Source of the DNA: Corynebacterium glutamicum ATCC 13032
GTDB lineage: Bacteria; Actinomycetota; Actinomycetes; Mycobacteriales; Mycobacteriaceae
Assembly: GCF_000011325.1 (NCBI RefSeq)
Contig: NC_003450.3
Span: 480,001 to 512,000, forward strand
Reading direction: 5' to 3'
Length of the DNA stretch: 32,000 nt
Position numbers and translations under genes: made by a program. Each line of letters opens with the position of its first letter. The stretch's first letter is position 1. This document shows, in pieces, positions 16,508 to 25,697 of the stretch. Below the pieces are notes generated by a model. It ran no database searches. It saw only the letters and a list, made by a program, of their open reading frames with translations, and had not been told where the DNA came from.

Positions 16508-16580
16508 AGGGGCGTAGCTCAATTGGCAGAGCAACGGTCTCCAAAACCGTAGGTTGCAGGTTCGATTCCTGTCGCCCCTG
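16508..16580 (+). tRNA. tRNA-Trp (CCA)
   Basis: Acceptor AGGGGCG/CGCCCCT, anticodon loop CTCCAAA, T-arm GCAGG-TTCGATT-CCTGT. Confidence 0.95.
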
Positions 16581-16588
16581 CAAGATGA

Positions 16589-16637
16589 ACACCCTTGATC
16601 TGGTTAAACAATAAAACCAGATCAAGGGTGTTTTTTG
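16589..16637 (+). terminator. Terminator after tRNA-Trp
   Basis: 17-bp perfect stem ACACCCTTGATCTGGTT / AACCAGATCAAGGGTGT followed by TTTTTTG. Confidence 0.88.
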
Positions 16638-16809
16638 TTTCATCAAGGGATCTTTCACCTGTAGCAGGTATGTCCTAATAAATATTGCGAGGGTTCGCGG
16701 GATTAATGTACTCTCGAAGGTTGAACACAGGGCTGCGATTGTGCTGGATCAAATGTCTGCACGAAAAATTGTTATCGCCCCTGGATGAGTAGTGATTTAG
16801 AGGAGTGCT

Positions 16810-17145
16810 GTGAGCGACGAGCAGAATTCTGGCGTAGGCGGAACGTCTCGCCCAACGGGTAAACGCCAGCTGTCGGGTGCTTCCACTACCTCTACCTCTT
16901 CTTATGAGGCTAAGCAGGTATCTACACAGAAGAAGTCATCCGGTTCGGATTCTAAGCCTGGCGGCGGTGTTATTTCTTTTCTGCCTGAGGTTGTGGGAGA
17001 AGTCCGTAAGGTTATTTGGCCTACTGCGCGCCAGATGGTCACGTACACCCTTGTCGTTTTGGGATTCTTGATTGTTTTGACCGCTTTGGTGTCTGGTGTG
17101 GATTTCCTAGCTGGTCTTGGAGTTGAGAAGATTCTGACTCCGTAG
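16810..17145 (+). CDS. secE: Preprotein translocase subunit SecE
   Basis: 111 aa with a GTG start 4 nt after GAGGAG. It has a Ser/Thr/Lys-rich N-terminal tail and then the conserved VRKVIWPTARQMVTYTLVVLGF TM segment. It lies upstream of nusG. Confidence 0.9.
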   Translation: MSDEQNSGVGGTSRPTGKRQLSGASTTSTSSYEAKQVSTQKKSSGSDSKPGGGVISFLPEVVGEVRKVIWPTARQMVTYTLVVLGFLIVLTALVSGVDFLAGLGVEKILTP

Positions 17146-17175
17146 GTAGGATGTGTAACATCTTTTTTGAAAAGT

Positions 17176-17213
17176 CCCGCTGGTTCCCTGGAGGAGCCGG
17201 CGGGATAATTTTT
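17176..17213 (+). terminator. Terminator-like hairpin between secE and nusG
   Basis: CCCGCTGG (17176-17183) pairs with CCGGCGGG (17197-17204) with one G-U pair, followed by ATAATTTTT. Confidence 0.5.
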
Positions 17214-17373
17214 GCCCAGGTGGTTGGTTTGGGGCAGCGGTTGCAATTGGATGTAATTGGTTGTTTGTCGCAGTAGCATGGGACGAAAGCTGTTAGATAG
17301 CATGTTGCATCCCTGCGTTGGCTGATTATCGCTGGGTTTTAGGGTCGATAGATAGGTTGGGAGAACACGCATT

Positions 17374-18330
17374 ATGAGCGATGAGAACATTAACGAGTTT
17401 GAGCAGGACGAGGATCTGAACTTCGGCGCGAGCTTTAGTGATGAATTCGCAGATGACGATTTCGATGCAGAAGCAGACGTAGAAGCAGATGCTGCTGCAG
17501 AGGCCTCTGCCCTGGAAGCTGAGCAGGATCTGGAAGAAGAGACCCTAGATGCTCCAGAAGAAGCCGCAGAAGAAGCTCCTGCTGCTGCAGAGTCCGAAGC
17601 TCCAGTAGAAGAGGACGAAGAGGCTGACAGCCTTGCTCAGGCGGCTGCTGCACTTGGTGACACCGATGAGCAGGACGCGGATGCAGAGTACAAGGCTCGT
17701 CTGCGTAAGTTCACTCGTGAGCTGAAGAAGCAGCCTGGTGTTTGGTACATCATTCAGTGCTACTCCGGCTACGAGAACAAGGTGAAGGCGAACCTTGACA
17801 TGCGTGCTCAGACCCTTGAGGTTGAGGATGACATCTTTGAGGTTGTTGTTCCTATCGAGCAGGTCACTGAGATCCGTGATGGTAAGCGCAAGCTGGTTAA
17901 GCGTAAGTTGCTGCCGGGCTACGTTTTGGTCCGCATGGACATGAATGACCGCGTGTGGTCTGTTGTTCGCGATACACCTGGTGTGACCAGCTTTGTGGGT
18001 AACGAGGGCAATGCAACTCCTGTGAAGCACCGCGATGTTGCGAAGTTCTTGATGCCTCAGGAGCAGGCTGTTGTCACCGGTGAGGCTGCTGCTGCGGCTG
18101 CCGAGGGTGAGCAGGTTGTGGCTATGCCTACCGATACCAAGAAGCCTCAGGTTGCTGTGGACTTCACTGTTGGTGAGGCTGTGACCATTCTGACTGGTGC
18201 TTTCGCTTCTGTTTCTGCAACGATTTCTTCTATCGATCCTGAGCTGCAGAAGCTGGAAGTTTTGGTGTCCATCTTTGGTCGTGAAACTCCTGTTGATCTC
18301 AGCTTCGACCAGGTTGAGAAGGTTAGCTAG
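17374..18330 (+). CDS. nusG: Transcription termination/antitermination factor NusG with a long acidic N-terminal extension
   Basis: The NGN domain ([14 protein letters not shown]) and KOW domain ([21 protein letters not shown]) are preceded by ~110 residues rich in E, D and A. Confidence 0.96.
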   Translation: MSDENINEFEQDEDLNFGASFSDEFADDDFDAEADVEADAAAEASALEAEQDLEEETLDAPEEAAEEAPAAAESEAPVEEDEEADSLAQAAAALGDTDEQDADAEYKARLRKFTRELKKQPGVWYIIQCYSGYENKVKANLDMRAQTLEVEDDIFEVVVPIEQVTEIRDGKRKLVKRKLLPGYVLVRMDMNDRVWSVVRDTPGVTSFVGNEGNATPVKHRDVAKFLMPQEQAVVTGEAAAAAAEGEQVVAMPTDTKKPQVAVDFTVGEAVTILTGAFASVSATISSIDPELQKLEVLVSIFGRETPVDLSFDQVEKVS

Positions 18331-18349
18331 TAGCTAAACTGCACCACTT

Positions 18350-18399
18350 ACCCCGCATTTCCTAGGCCACATATAAGGGCTTTGGTGATGCGGGGTTTT
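18350..18399 (+). terminator. Terminator after nusG
   Basis: ACCCCGCAT (18350-18358) pairs with ATGCGGGGT (18388-18396), followed by TTTG. The loop is large. Confidence 0.55.
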
Positions 18400-18597
18400 G
18401 CGTGTAGGGTAGACAATCGCGTGTTTTTTAAGCATGCTCAAAATCATTCATCCCCGGTGGCCCGGTTACGTAAAGATCAGCAAAGATGATCAACTAAAGC
18501 GATCATCTGAAGTTGTAGCGGGACCGAGCATCCGGACGGTTACTAGTGGGGTTTCATCGTCCCAGTTGTGGCCGGTAACAAGGAAGCAGGTTTAACG

Positions 18598-19035
18598 ATG
18601 GCTCCTAAGAAGAAGAAGAAGGTCACTGGCCTCATCAAGCTCCAGATCCAGGCAGGACAGGCAAACCCTGCTCCTCCAGTTGGCCCAGCACTTGGTGCTC
18701 ACGGCGTCAACATCATGGAATTCTGCAAGGCTTACAACGCTGCGACTGAAAACCAGCGCGGCAACGTTGTTCCTGTTGAGATCACCGTTTACGAAGACCG
18801 TTCATTCGACTTCAAGCTGAAGACTCCTCCAGCTGCAAAGCTTCTTCTGAAGGCTGCTGGCCTGCAGAAGGGCTCCGGCGTTCCTCACACCCAGAAGGTC
18901 GGCAAGGTTTCCATGGCTCAGGTTCGTGAGATCGCTGAGACCAAGAAGGAAGACCTGAACGCTCGCGATATCGACGCTGCTGCGAAGATCATCGCTGGTA
19001 CCGCTCGTTCCATGGGCATCACCGTCGAAGGCTAA
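18598..19035 (+). CDS. rplK: 50S ribosomal protein L11
   Basis: [33 protein letters not shown]. The ATG at 18598 follows an AAGGAAG SD. The track GTG at 18568 is an upstream extension. Confidence 0.97.
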
Positions 19036-19161
19036 AAGCTTTCACACCGGTTAGTGGCTCATTCAAAATGAATGGCCACCAACCAATTTTCACCAAAGTT
19101 TTATGTGGCAGGGCCAGCTCCGGCCCGTTAAACCACAGAATTCCATGAAAGGGAATTTCTA

Positions 19162-19872
19162 ATGAGCAAGAACTCTAAGGCGTACCGCGAGGCCGCTGAG
19201 AAGATCGACGCTGGTCGCATCTACTCCCCACTCGAGGCTGCAAACCTGGTCAAGGAGACCTCCTCCAAGAACTACGACGCTTCCATCGACGTAGCTATCC
19301 GCCTGGGCGTTGACCCACGTAAGGCTGATCAGCTTGTTCGTGGCACCGTCTCCCTGCCTAACGGCACCGGTAAGACCGTTCGCGTTGCTGTGTTCGCACA
19401 GGGCGAGAAGGCTACTGAGGCTGAGGCTGCTGGCGCTGACTTCGTTGGCACCGACGAGCTCGTTGAGAAGATCCAGGGTGGCTGGACCGACTTCGACGTT
19501 GCTATTGCAACCCCTGATCAGATGGCTAAGATCGGCCGTATCGCTCGTGTCTTGGGCCCACGTGGTCTGATGCCTAACCCTAAGACCGGCACCGTCACCA
19601 ACGATGTCGCTAAGGCTATCGAAGAGGTCAAGGGCGGCAAGATTTCCTTCCGCGTTGACAAGGCTTCCAACCTGCACGCTGCAATTGGTAAGGCTTCCTT
19701 CGATGCGAAGAAGCTGGCTGAGAACTACGGCGCTCTCCTCGACGAGATCATCCGTATCAAGCCTTCTTCCGCTAAGGGCATCTACGTCAAGCGCGTGACC
19801 CTGTCTTCCACCACCGGTCCTGGTGTTGAGGTTGACACTCACGTCACCAAGAACTACGCAGAAGAGGCATAA
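19162..19872 (+). CDS. rplA: 50S ribosomal protein L1
   Basis: 236 aa with canonical L1 sequence ([33 protein letters not shown]). Confidence 0.97.
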   Translation: MSKNSKAYREAAEKIDAGRIYSPLEAANLVKETSSKNYDASIDVAIRLGVDPRKADQLVRGTVSLPNGTGKTVRVAVFAQGEKATEAEAAGADFVGTDELVEKIQGGWTDFDVAIATPDQMAKIGRIARVLGPRGLMPNPKTGTVTNDVAKAIEEVKGGKISFRVDKASNLHAAIGKASFDAKKLAENYGALLDEIIRIKPSSAKGIYVKRVTLSSTTGPGVEVDTHVTKNYAEEA

Positions 19873-19895
19873 GCCTTCCCACGCGTAACTCTTTA

Positions 19896-19924
19896 GGCCC
19901 CATGCTTTGCATGGGGTCTTTTTA
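19896..19924 (+). terminator. Terminator after rplA; its T-tract overlaps the stop codon of convergent gabR
   Basis: CCCCATGC-TTT-GCATGGGG extended by G-C and G-U pairs, followed by TCTTTTTATT. Confidence 0.75.
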
Positions 19925-21436
19925 TTGCTTTTCGACGTCTCCCTCCTTCGTTGCGATCACTAAGAGCAGCTCCGCTCTGGTCAGTGGATCATTGAGGTCG
20001 ATTTCGCAGATCTCTTCAATGCGGATCATGCGGGTGCGCACGGTGTGGCGGTGGATGCCCAGTTCTTTGGCGGTGTCGCCTATATGTCCGCTGTGCTGAG
20101 TAAAAGACACCAAGGTGGGGGCGAGCTCGGTGTTGTTGGTGCGGTCGTGGTCGAGGAGACGGTCGTAGGTGTCGCGGGATCGGATCTTAAGGATTTTGCG
20201 CAGCTCGGGGTTTTGGAGCCACAGCAAGGTGCCGTCACGGGGTTCGGCGTGGGTTCCAAGTTGTAGGGTTTTTGCGGTGGCAGTGAGTTCGCGGATGAGT
20301 TTCTTATCGATGTTTTCCGCTCGGGTGGGCAGACCAATGCAGAGGCGAACTCCGCTTGCGGCAGTACCAAAAAGTTGCACGATGTTGTGCACGCTGCGGC
20401 TTCCGCGAAGGAAGAGGAGTTCGGTGGATTCGGCGAGGCGTAGATGAGCTAGTGCTCGTTCCTGTTTGTACAGTGCGGTGGCGACACTGGAGAGTGCTTT
20501 TCGTACTGATTGGGGTGTGTTGCCGGTGATGAGGATGGGGCGGATATTTCCGGAAGCATCAGTGATGTCAGCGAACACGCGGTGAATGGTGGCTAGGTCG
20601 TCGCTTCGACCCAGAAGTAGTGACATGGCAAGTGAGCGCACTTCGATTTCTCGGTCGCGCATGGCTTCGGGGCGTTGAAGCAAAATATCGGCAAGGCCTG
20701 CGCAGTGTCTGATCAGTGCGCGGTGTTGTTCGCTGGGGCGGGTGGGCATAAGGACTGAGAGCACGTGGTGGCGGTCGCCGTACCGGGTCATACGGTGGAT
20801 GAATCCAAAGTTGGTGGCATCCGTGAGTGCTTGACTGGATCCGTTAAGGCGCGAGACAGCTTGGGGGAGTGCGTCTAGGTCATCGGTGGTAATAGAGCAA
20901 GCCACGCGGCCGTCGCTGTCCACGATGGCTACTGCACCACCCAAATAGTCGGCGGCAGCACGGCACAGGGCTTCGATGCCACCGGAGATGGCGATGGAGT
21001 TAAGCCGTTCCTGTTCCAGGAGGAGTTCTTGTTGCAGGCGGCCGGCACGGCGGGTTTGCTCATCACGCACGCTGGAGGTGATCGAGATAAATGGAATTTC
21101 ACGGGGGACTTCAAAGAGGCCGAGGCCAAGGTGGAGGGAGGCGTCGATAAGCGCCTGCGGAACCTGTGGGAAGGTGAGGCCGGAGCCGAACCCGATCGCG
21201 ATGACCCCTGCGTCGGCGAGTCGGTGTGCCCAATCGCGAAGCCCGTCGGGCGTTTCTGCGAAGGCGATGCCAACGGATAAGACCACGCTGTTGGGGCTGA
21301 TGAAGTCGGTGGGGTCAACGAGTTCGCTGATTTGGATGACATCGAAGGTTTTGTTTGTGGGGAGAATTTCGCGGAGTTTGAGCTGGCTTTGGGTGTATAA
21401 CCAGCGGACATCCATGTCTTGGGTTGGGGTTTCCAT
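19922..21436 (-). CDS. gabR: PucR-family transcriptional regulator of GABA utilisation
   Basis: 504 aa with a C-terminal PucR HTH (TAKELGIHRHTVRTRMIRIEEI). It is divergent from gabT. Confidence 0.88.
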   Translation of the reverse strand: METPTQDMDVRWLYTQSQLKLREILPTNKTFDVIQISELVDPTDFISPNSVVLSVGIAFAETPDGLRDWAHRLADAGVIAIGFGSGLTFPQVPQALIDASLHLGLGLFEVPREIPFISITSSVRDEQTRRAGRLQQELLLEQERLNSIAISGGIEALCRAAADYLGGAVAIVDSDGRVACSITTDDLDALPQAVSRLNGSSQALTDATNFGFIHRMTRYGDRHHVLSVLMPTRPSEQHRALIRHCAGLADILLQRPEAMRDREIEVRSLAMSLLLGRSDDLATIHRVFADITDASGNIRPILITGNTPQSVRKALSSVATALYKQERALAHLRLAESTELLFLRGSRSVHNIVQLFGTAASGVRLCIGLPTRAENIDKKLIRELTATAKTLQLGTHAEPRDGTLLWLQNPELRKILKIRSRDTYDRLLDHDRTNNTELAPTLVSFTQHSGHIGDTAKELGIHRHTVRTRMIRIEEICEIDLNDPLTRAELLLVIATKEGDVEKQ

Positions 21437-21465
21437 GGCGTTAAACTCCTGTCAATTATCCATAT

Positions 21466-21506
21466 GGGCGAAATATTGTCTACAACTTCGCCCTCATGGA
21501 CATATT
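21466..21506. promoter_or_regulatory. Inverted repeats in the gabR-gabT divergent control region (candidate operator)
   Basis: GGGCGAA (21466-21472)-N14-TTCGCCC (21487-21493). AATATTGTC (21472-21480) faces GACATATT (21499-21506). CCATATGG lies at 21460-21467. Confidence 0.3.
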
Positions 21507-21576
21507 AACTTCGTTGCCTCGGAGAGAATACTCATCACCTAGACAACAGTTTGTATCTCACCTCACAGGAGGAACC

Positions 21577-22923
21577 GTGGAAGATCTCTCATACCGCATC
21601 CCGCAGTCGCGCACCGTGGCCGAGCAGGTGCCAGGGCCGAAGTCGAAAGCGCTGGATGAGCGTCGACAAGCAGCAGTAGCACGAGCACTTGCACCGGGTC
21701 TGCCTGGATACGTGGTGGACGCAGACGGTGGCATCTTGGCTGACGCGGACGGCAACCGTTTCATCGACCTGGCCTCCGGCATCGCCGTGACCACGGTCGG
21801 CGGATCCAACGCGGCCGTCGCGAAAGCCGTCGGCGCCGCAGCTGCCCGCTTCACCCACACCTGCTTCATGGTCTCACCTTATGAAACTTACGTGGCCATG
21901 GCGGAGAGACTCAACGCCTTGACTCCAGGCGATCACGACAAGAAGAGCGCGCTGTTTAACTCTGGCGCCGAAGCCGTGGAAAACGCCGTCAAGGTGGCAC
22001 GCGCCTACACCGGCAAGGGCGCGGTCGTGGTGTTCGACAACGCGTACCACGGACGGACCAACCTCACCATGGCGATGACCGCGAAGAACCGCCCATACAA
22101 GTCCGGATTCGGACCACTAGCCGCAGACGTCTACCGTGCACCAATGTCTTACCCACTGCGCGACGGACTGTCCGGCCCGGAAGCCGCAGAGCGCGCGATC
22201 TCCGTGATCGAATCCCAGGTCGGAGCCGAAAACCTCGCCTGCGTGGTCATTGAACCGATCCAGGGCGAAGGCGGATTCATCGTCCCCGCACCAGGATTCC
22301 TCGCAGCCATTTCCACCTGGTGCCGCGAGAACGACGTGGTGTTCATCGCCGATGAAATCCAATCTGGCTTCCTGCGCACCGGCGACTGGTTCGCCAGCGA
22401 CGCAGAAGGTGTGATCCCCGACGTCATCACCACCGCAAAAGGCATCGCCGGCGGCATGCCACTATCCGCAGTGACCGGCCGCGCAGAAATCATGGACGCA
22501 CCCGGCCCCGGCGCGCTCGGCGGAACCTACGGCGGAAACCCCGTTGCTTGCGCCGCGGCACTTGCAGCCATTGAAGTGATGGAACAAGCCGACCTTAAGA
22601 CCCGCGCGCAAGAAATCGAGACCATCATCCGCGATGAATTCGCGCAGCTGAGTGCCTTCCCGGAGGTCGCCGAAATCCGCGGCCGCGGAGCAATGATGGC
22701 CATTGAGCTTATCGACGCTACCGGCCGCCCGAACGCAGCTTTAACCGCCGCAGTGGCTGCGCGCGCAAAAGCTGAAGGTGTGCTGCTGCTGACTTGCGGC
22801 ACCGATGGCAACGTCATCCGCCTGCTGCCACCACTGGTCATTGCAGAGGACACTCTCCGTGATGGTCTTCAGGTGTTAGTCGCAGCCCTAGAGCGCGAAA
22901 CCGCGCACCAGAAGGTGGGCTAA
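21577..22923 (+). CDS. gabT: 4-aminobutyrate aminotransferase (class III PLP enzyme)
   Basis: GTG at 21577 lies 4 nt after AGGAGG. It carries the class-III aminotransferase motifs (DEIQSGFLRTG, TTAKGIAGG with the PLP lysine). The track start at 21496 is an extension. Confidence 0.93.
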   Translation: MEDLSYRIPQSRTVAEQVPGPKSKALDERRQAAVARALAPGLPGYVVDADGGILADADGNRFIDLASGIAVTTVGGSNAAVAKAVGAAAARFTHTCFMVSPYETYVAMAERLNALTPGDHDKKSALFNSGAEAVENAVKVARAYTGKGAVVVFDNAYHGRTNLTMAMTAKNRPYKSGFGPLAADVYRAPMSYPLRDGLSGPEAAERAISVIESQVGAENLACVVIEPIQGEGGFIVPAPGFLAAISTWCRENDVVFIADEIQSGFLRTGDWFASDAEGVIPDVITTAKGIAGGMPLSAVTGRAEIMDAPGPGALGGTYGGNPVACAAALAAIEVMEQADLKTRAQEIETIIRDEFAQLSAFPEVAEIRGRGAMMAIELIDATGRPNAALTAAVAARAKAEGVLLLTCGTDGNVIRLLPPLVIAEDTLRDGLQVLVAALERETAHQKVG

Positions 22924-22924
22924 A

Positions 22925-24286
22925 GTGTCTTTGACCTTCCCAGTAATCAACCCCAGCGATGGCTCCACCATCACCGAGCTAGAAAACCACGATTCCACCC
23001 AGTGGATGTCCGCGCTCTCTGATGCAGTTGCAGCTGGTCCTTCATGGGCTGCGAAAACTCCCCGCGAAAGATCCGTGGTACTCACCGCAATCTTCGAAGC
23101 ACTGACCGAACGCGCCCAAGAACTTGCAGAGATCATCCACCTGGAAGCTGGAAAATCCGTTGCAGAAGCTCTTGGTGAAGTCGCTTATGGTGCAGAATAC
23201 TTCCGTTGGTTTGCGGAAGAAGCAGTGCGCCTGCCCGGCCGCTACGGACAGTCACCTTCCGGAATCGGTCACATCGCCGTCACCCGCGCACCCGTGGGAC
23301 CAGTGCTGGCGATCACCCCATGGAATTTCCCCATCGCCATGGCCACCCGCAAAATCGCCCCAGCCCTGGCCGCTGGTTGCCCCGTGTTGGTGAAACCTGC
23401 TTCCGAAACCCCACTGACCATGGTCAAAGTGGGGGAGATCATCGCCTCCGTCTTTGATACCTTTAATATCCCGCAGGGCTTGGTCTCAATCATCACCACC
23501 ACTCGAGATGCAGAGCTATCGGCAGAACTCATGGCTGATCCTCGCTTGGCTAAAGTCACCTTCACTGGATCAACCAACGTGGGACGCATCCTGGTCCGCC
23601 AATCCGCGGACCGACTGCTGCGCACCTCCATGGAACTCGGCGGAAATGCAGCTTTTGTTATCGACGAAGCCGCAGACCTCGACGAAGCCGTATCCGGTGC
23701 CATCGCCGCAAAACTCCGCAACGCCGGCCAAGTATGCATCGCAGCTAACCGTTTCTTGGTTCATGAATCCCGCGCTGCCGAATTCACCTCAAAGCTGGCG
23801 ACAGCCATGCAGAACACTCCCATTGGGCCGGTGATTTCTGCCCGCCAACGCGACCGGATCGCAGCACTAGTGGATGAAGCCATCACCGACGGCGCCCGCC
23901 TCATCATCGGTGGGGAGGTCCCCGACGGCTCCGGCTTCTTCTATCCAGCCACCATCTTGGCCGATGTCCCTGCACAGTCACGGATTGTGCATGAGGAAAT
24001 CTTCGGACCTGTGGCCACCATTGCCACTTTCACCGACTTGGCCGAAGGCGTTGCACAAGCAAATTCCACCGAATTCGGCCTCGCAGCCTACGGATTCAGC
24101 AACAATGTGAAAGCAACACAGTACATGGCGGAACACTTGGAAGCCGGAATGGTCGGAATCAACAGAGGCGCCATCTCTGACCCAGCAGCACCTTTTGGCG
24201 GCATCGGACAATCCGGCTTCGGCAGAGAAGGCGGAACCGAAGGAATCGAAGAATATCTCTCCGTGCGTTACCTCGCTTTGCCGTGA
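22925..24286 (+). CDS. gabD: Succinate-semialdehyde dehydrogenase
   Basis: ALDH superfamily protein (ELGGNAAFVI; catalytic Cys context GQVCIAANR). The GTG lies 1 nt after the gabT stop. Confidence 0.93.
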   Translation: MSLTFPVINPSDGSTITELENHDSTQWMSALSDAVAAGPSWAAKTPRERSVVLTAIFEALTERAQELAEIIHLEAGKSVAEALGEVAYGAEYFRWFAEEAVRLPGRYGQSPSGIGHIAVTRAPVGPVLAITPWNFPIAMATRKIAPALAAGCPVLVKPASETPLTMVKVGEIIASVFDTFNIPQGLVSIITTTRDAELSAELMADPRLAKVTFTGSTNVGRILVRQSADRLLRTSMELGGNAAFVIDEAADLDEAVSGAIAAKLRNAGQVCIAANRFLVHESRAAEFTSKLATAMQNTPIGPVISARQRDRIAALVDEAITDGARLIIGGEVPDGSGFFYPATILADVPAQSRIVHEEIFGPVATIATFTDLAEGVAQANSTEFGLAAYGFSNNVKATQYMAEHLEAGMVGINRGAISDPAAPFGGIGQSGFGREGGTEGIEEYLSVRYLALP

Positions 24287-24324
24287 CACATGAGCTGTCC
24301 GGTGAATAACCCGAAGGAAAAAAC

Positions 24325-25572
24325 ATGACTACCGAATCAATAGTTGCGCACAATGCTGCAGGTACAGCACCTCAGAATGTGTCCTCTGCTAAGAAGAAGT
24401 ACCTCAGCGTTGCCCAAGGCGTTGCCCTTATCTACGGAACCAACATCGGCGCCGGTGTGCTCAGCCTCCCATACGCTGCCCGCAACGGTGGTTTCCTCGC
24501 CCTGGTTGTTGCCCTGCTCATTGCGGGAACACTGACCACCATCTCCATGCTCTACATCGCCGAAGTATCCCTGCGCACCAAGAAGCCACTGCAGCTTTCC
24601 GGCCTGGCAGAAAAATACCTGGGGCAGTGGGGCCGCTGGCTGGTGTTCATTGCCATTGTGGTCAACAGCGTGGGTGCACTGATTGCCTACGCATCAGGAT
24701 CCGGCATTTTGATAGGCAACCTCACCGGCCTGCCACCAATCGTGGGCACCCTTGGATTCTTTGTTTTAGGCACCTTGATCATGTGGAAAGGCCTGCACAC
24801 GGCAAGCTTCGTGGAGGCATTGATCACCACTGGCATGGCAACGATCATCATCGTGCTGTGTGGATGGACAGTGCTTGGCCCTGGAATTTCCGCAGACAAC
24901 CTGATCGTGTTCCACCCATTCTTCATCGTTCCGATCATGAACCTCGCGGTCTTTACCTTCCTTGCCCAATATGTGGTTCCAGAAATCGCACGAGGAGTTA
25001 ACCCTGCCACCCCGAAGGCAGTGCCACGCGCGATCATCATCGGCATGGTCGCAACTGGTGTCACCCTGGCAGCTGTACCATTCGCGGCACTAGGGCTTCT
25101 GGGCACAGGCGTCAGTGAAGTTGTCACCATCTCCTGGGGCGAAGCACTCGCCCCAGTGGCCTATTACATGGCCAATGCCTTCGCACTATTGGCCATGTTC
25201 ACTTCATTCATCGCCATTGGATTCACCGCGATGCGCAACGTACTAGATATTGGCCACTGGCCACAACACGGATGGCAGCGATCCGTTGCTGTCGGACTAA
25301 CTGTTCTTCCACCACTGGCAATTTCACTTGCGGGATTAGGCGGATTCGTGGCAGCACTGAGCTACGCCGGAGGATTTGCCGGAGCAATCATGTCCATCAT
25401 CCCCGTGCTGTTGCTGCGCAACTCCCGCAAGAGTGGTGACCAAGAACCAGTGTGGAAAGCCACCTGGCAAGCGCACCCCATCTTCCAGATCCTGTTGATT
25501 GTGGTGTACTCCCTGGCGTTTGTGTACTCGGTTCTCGCGATCGTCGGATTAATGCCTGCGGGTTGGGCATAG
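24325..25572 (+). CDS. gabP: Amino-acid (GABA) permease, third gene of gabTDP
   Basis: 415 aa, about 11 TM. The N-terminal motif GTNIGAGVLSLPYA resembles Trp/Tyr-permease-like transporters rather than E. coli-type GabP. The functional name comes from its position in the known C. glutamicum gabTDP operon. Confidence 0.8.
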   Translation: MTTESIVAHNAAGTAPQNVSSAKKKYLSVAQGVALIYGTNIGAGVLSLPYAARNGGFLALVVALLIAGTLTTISMLYIAEVSLRTKKPLQLSGLAEKYLGQWGRWLVFIAIVVNSVGALIAYASGSGILIGNLTGLPPIVGTLGFFVLGTLIMWKGLHTASFVEALITTGMATIIIVLCGWTVLGPGISADNLIVFHPFFIVPIMNLAVFTFLAQYVVPEIARGVNPATPKAVPRAIIIGMVATGVTLAAVPFAALGLLGTGVSEVVTISWGEALAPVAYYMANAFALLAMFTSFIAIGFTAMRNVLDIGHWPQHGWQRSVAVGLTVLPPLAISLAGLGGFVAALSYAGGFAGAIMSIIPVLLLRNSRKSGDQEPVWKATWQAHPIFQILLIVVYSLAFVYSVLAIVGLMPAGWA

Positions 25573-25609
25573 TCACTTCCTGTTGTGGCTGCCTGTTGCA
25601 GCCAAATAC

Positions 25610-25657
25610 GGCCAACGGCTCCTTGGAAATTTAAGGGGTCGTTGGCCTTATTATTTT
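25610..25657 (+). terminator. Terminator after gabP
   Basis: GGCCAACG (25610-25617) pairs with CGTTGGCC (25640-25647), with inner CCTT/AAGG pairing, followed by TTATTATTTTA. Confidence 0.65.
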
Positions 25658-25697
25658 AGGGAAAGCCCATCCTTACCTTGCCAAGGGAAGCCTGTAC

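Noticed and set aside
19159-19842. 227-aa ORF antisense to rplA, and similar long antisense or out-of-frame ORFs (4499..5071 in menB, 12798..13586 in the reductase, 6481..7038 in menC, 10762..11280 in the permease, 17545..18030 in nusG, 30560..30967 in rplL)
   Set aside because: These are typical high-GC shadow ORFs opposite or within genes that have unambiguous conserved protein signatures. Their sequences are low-complexity (R/A/S/P-rich).
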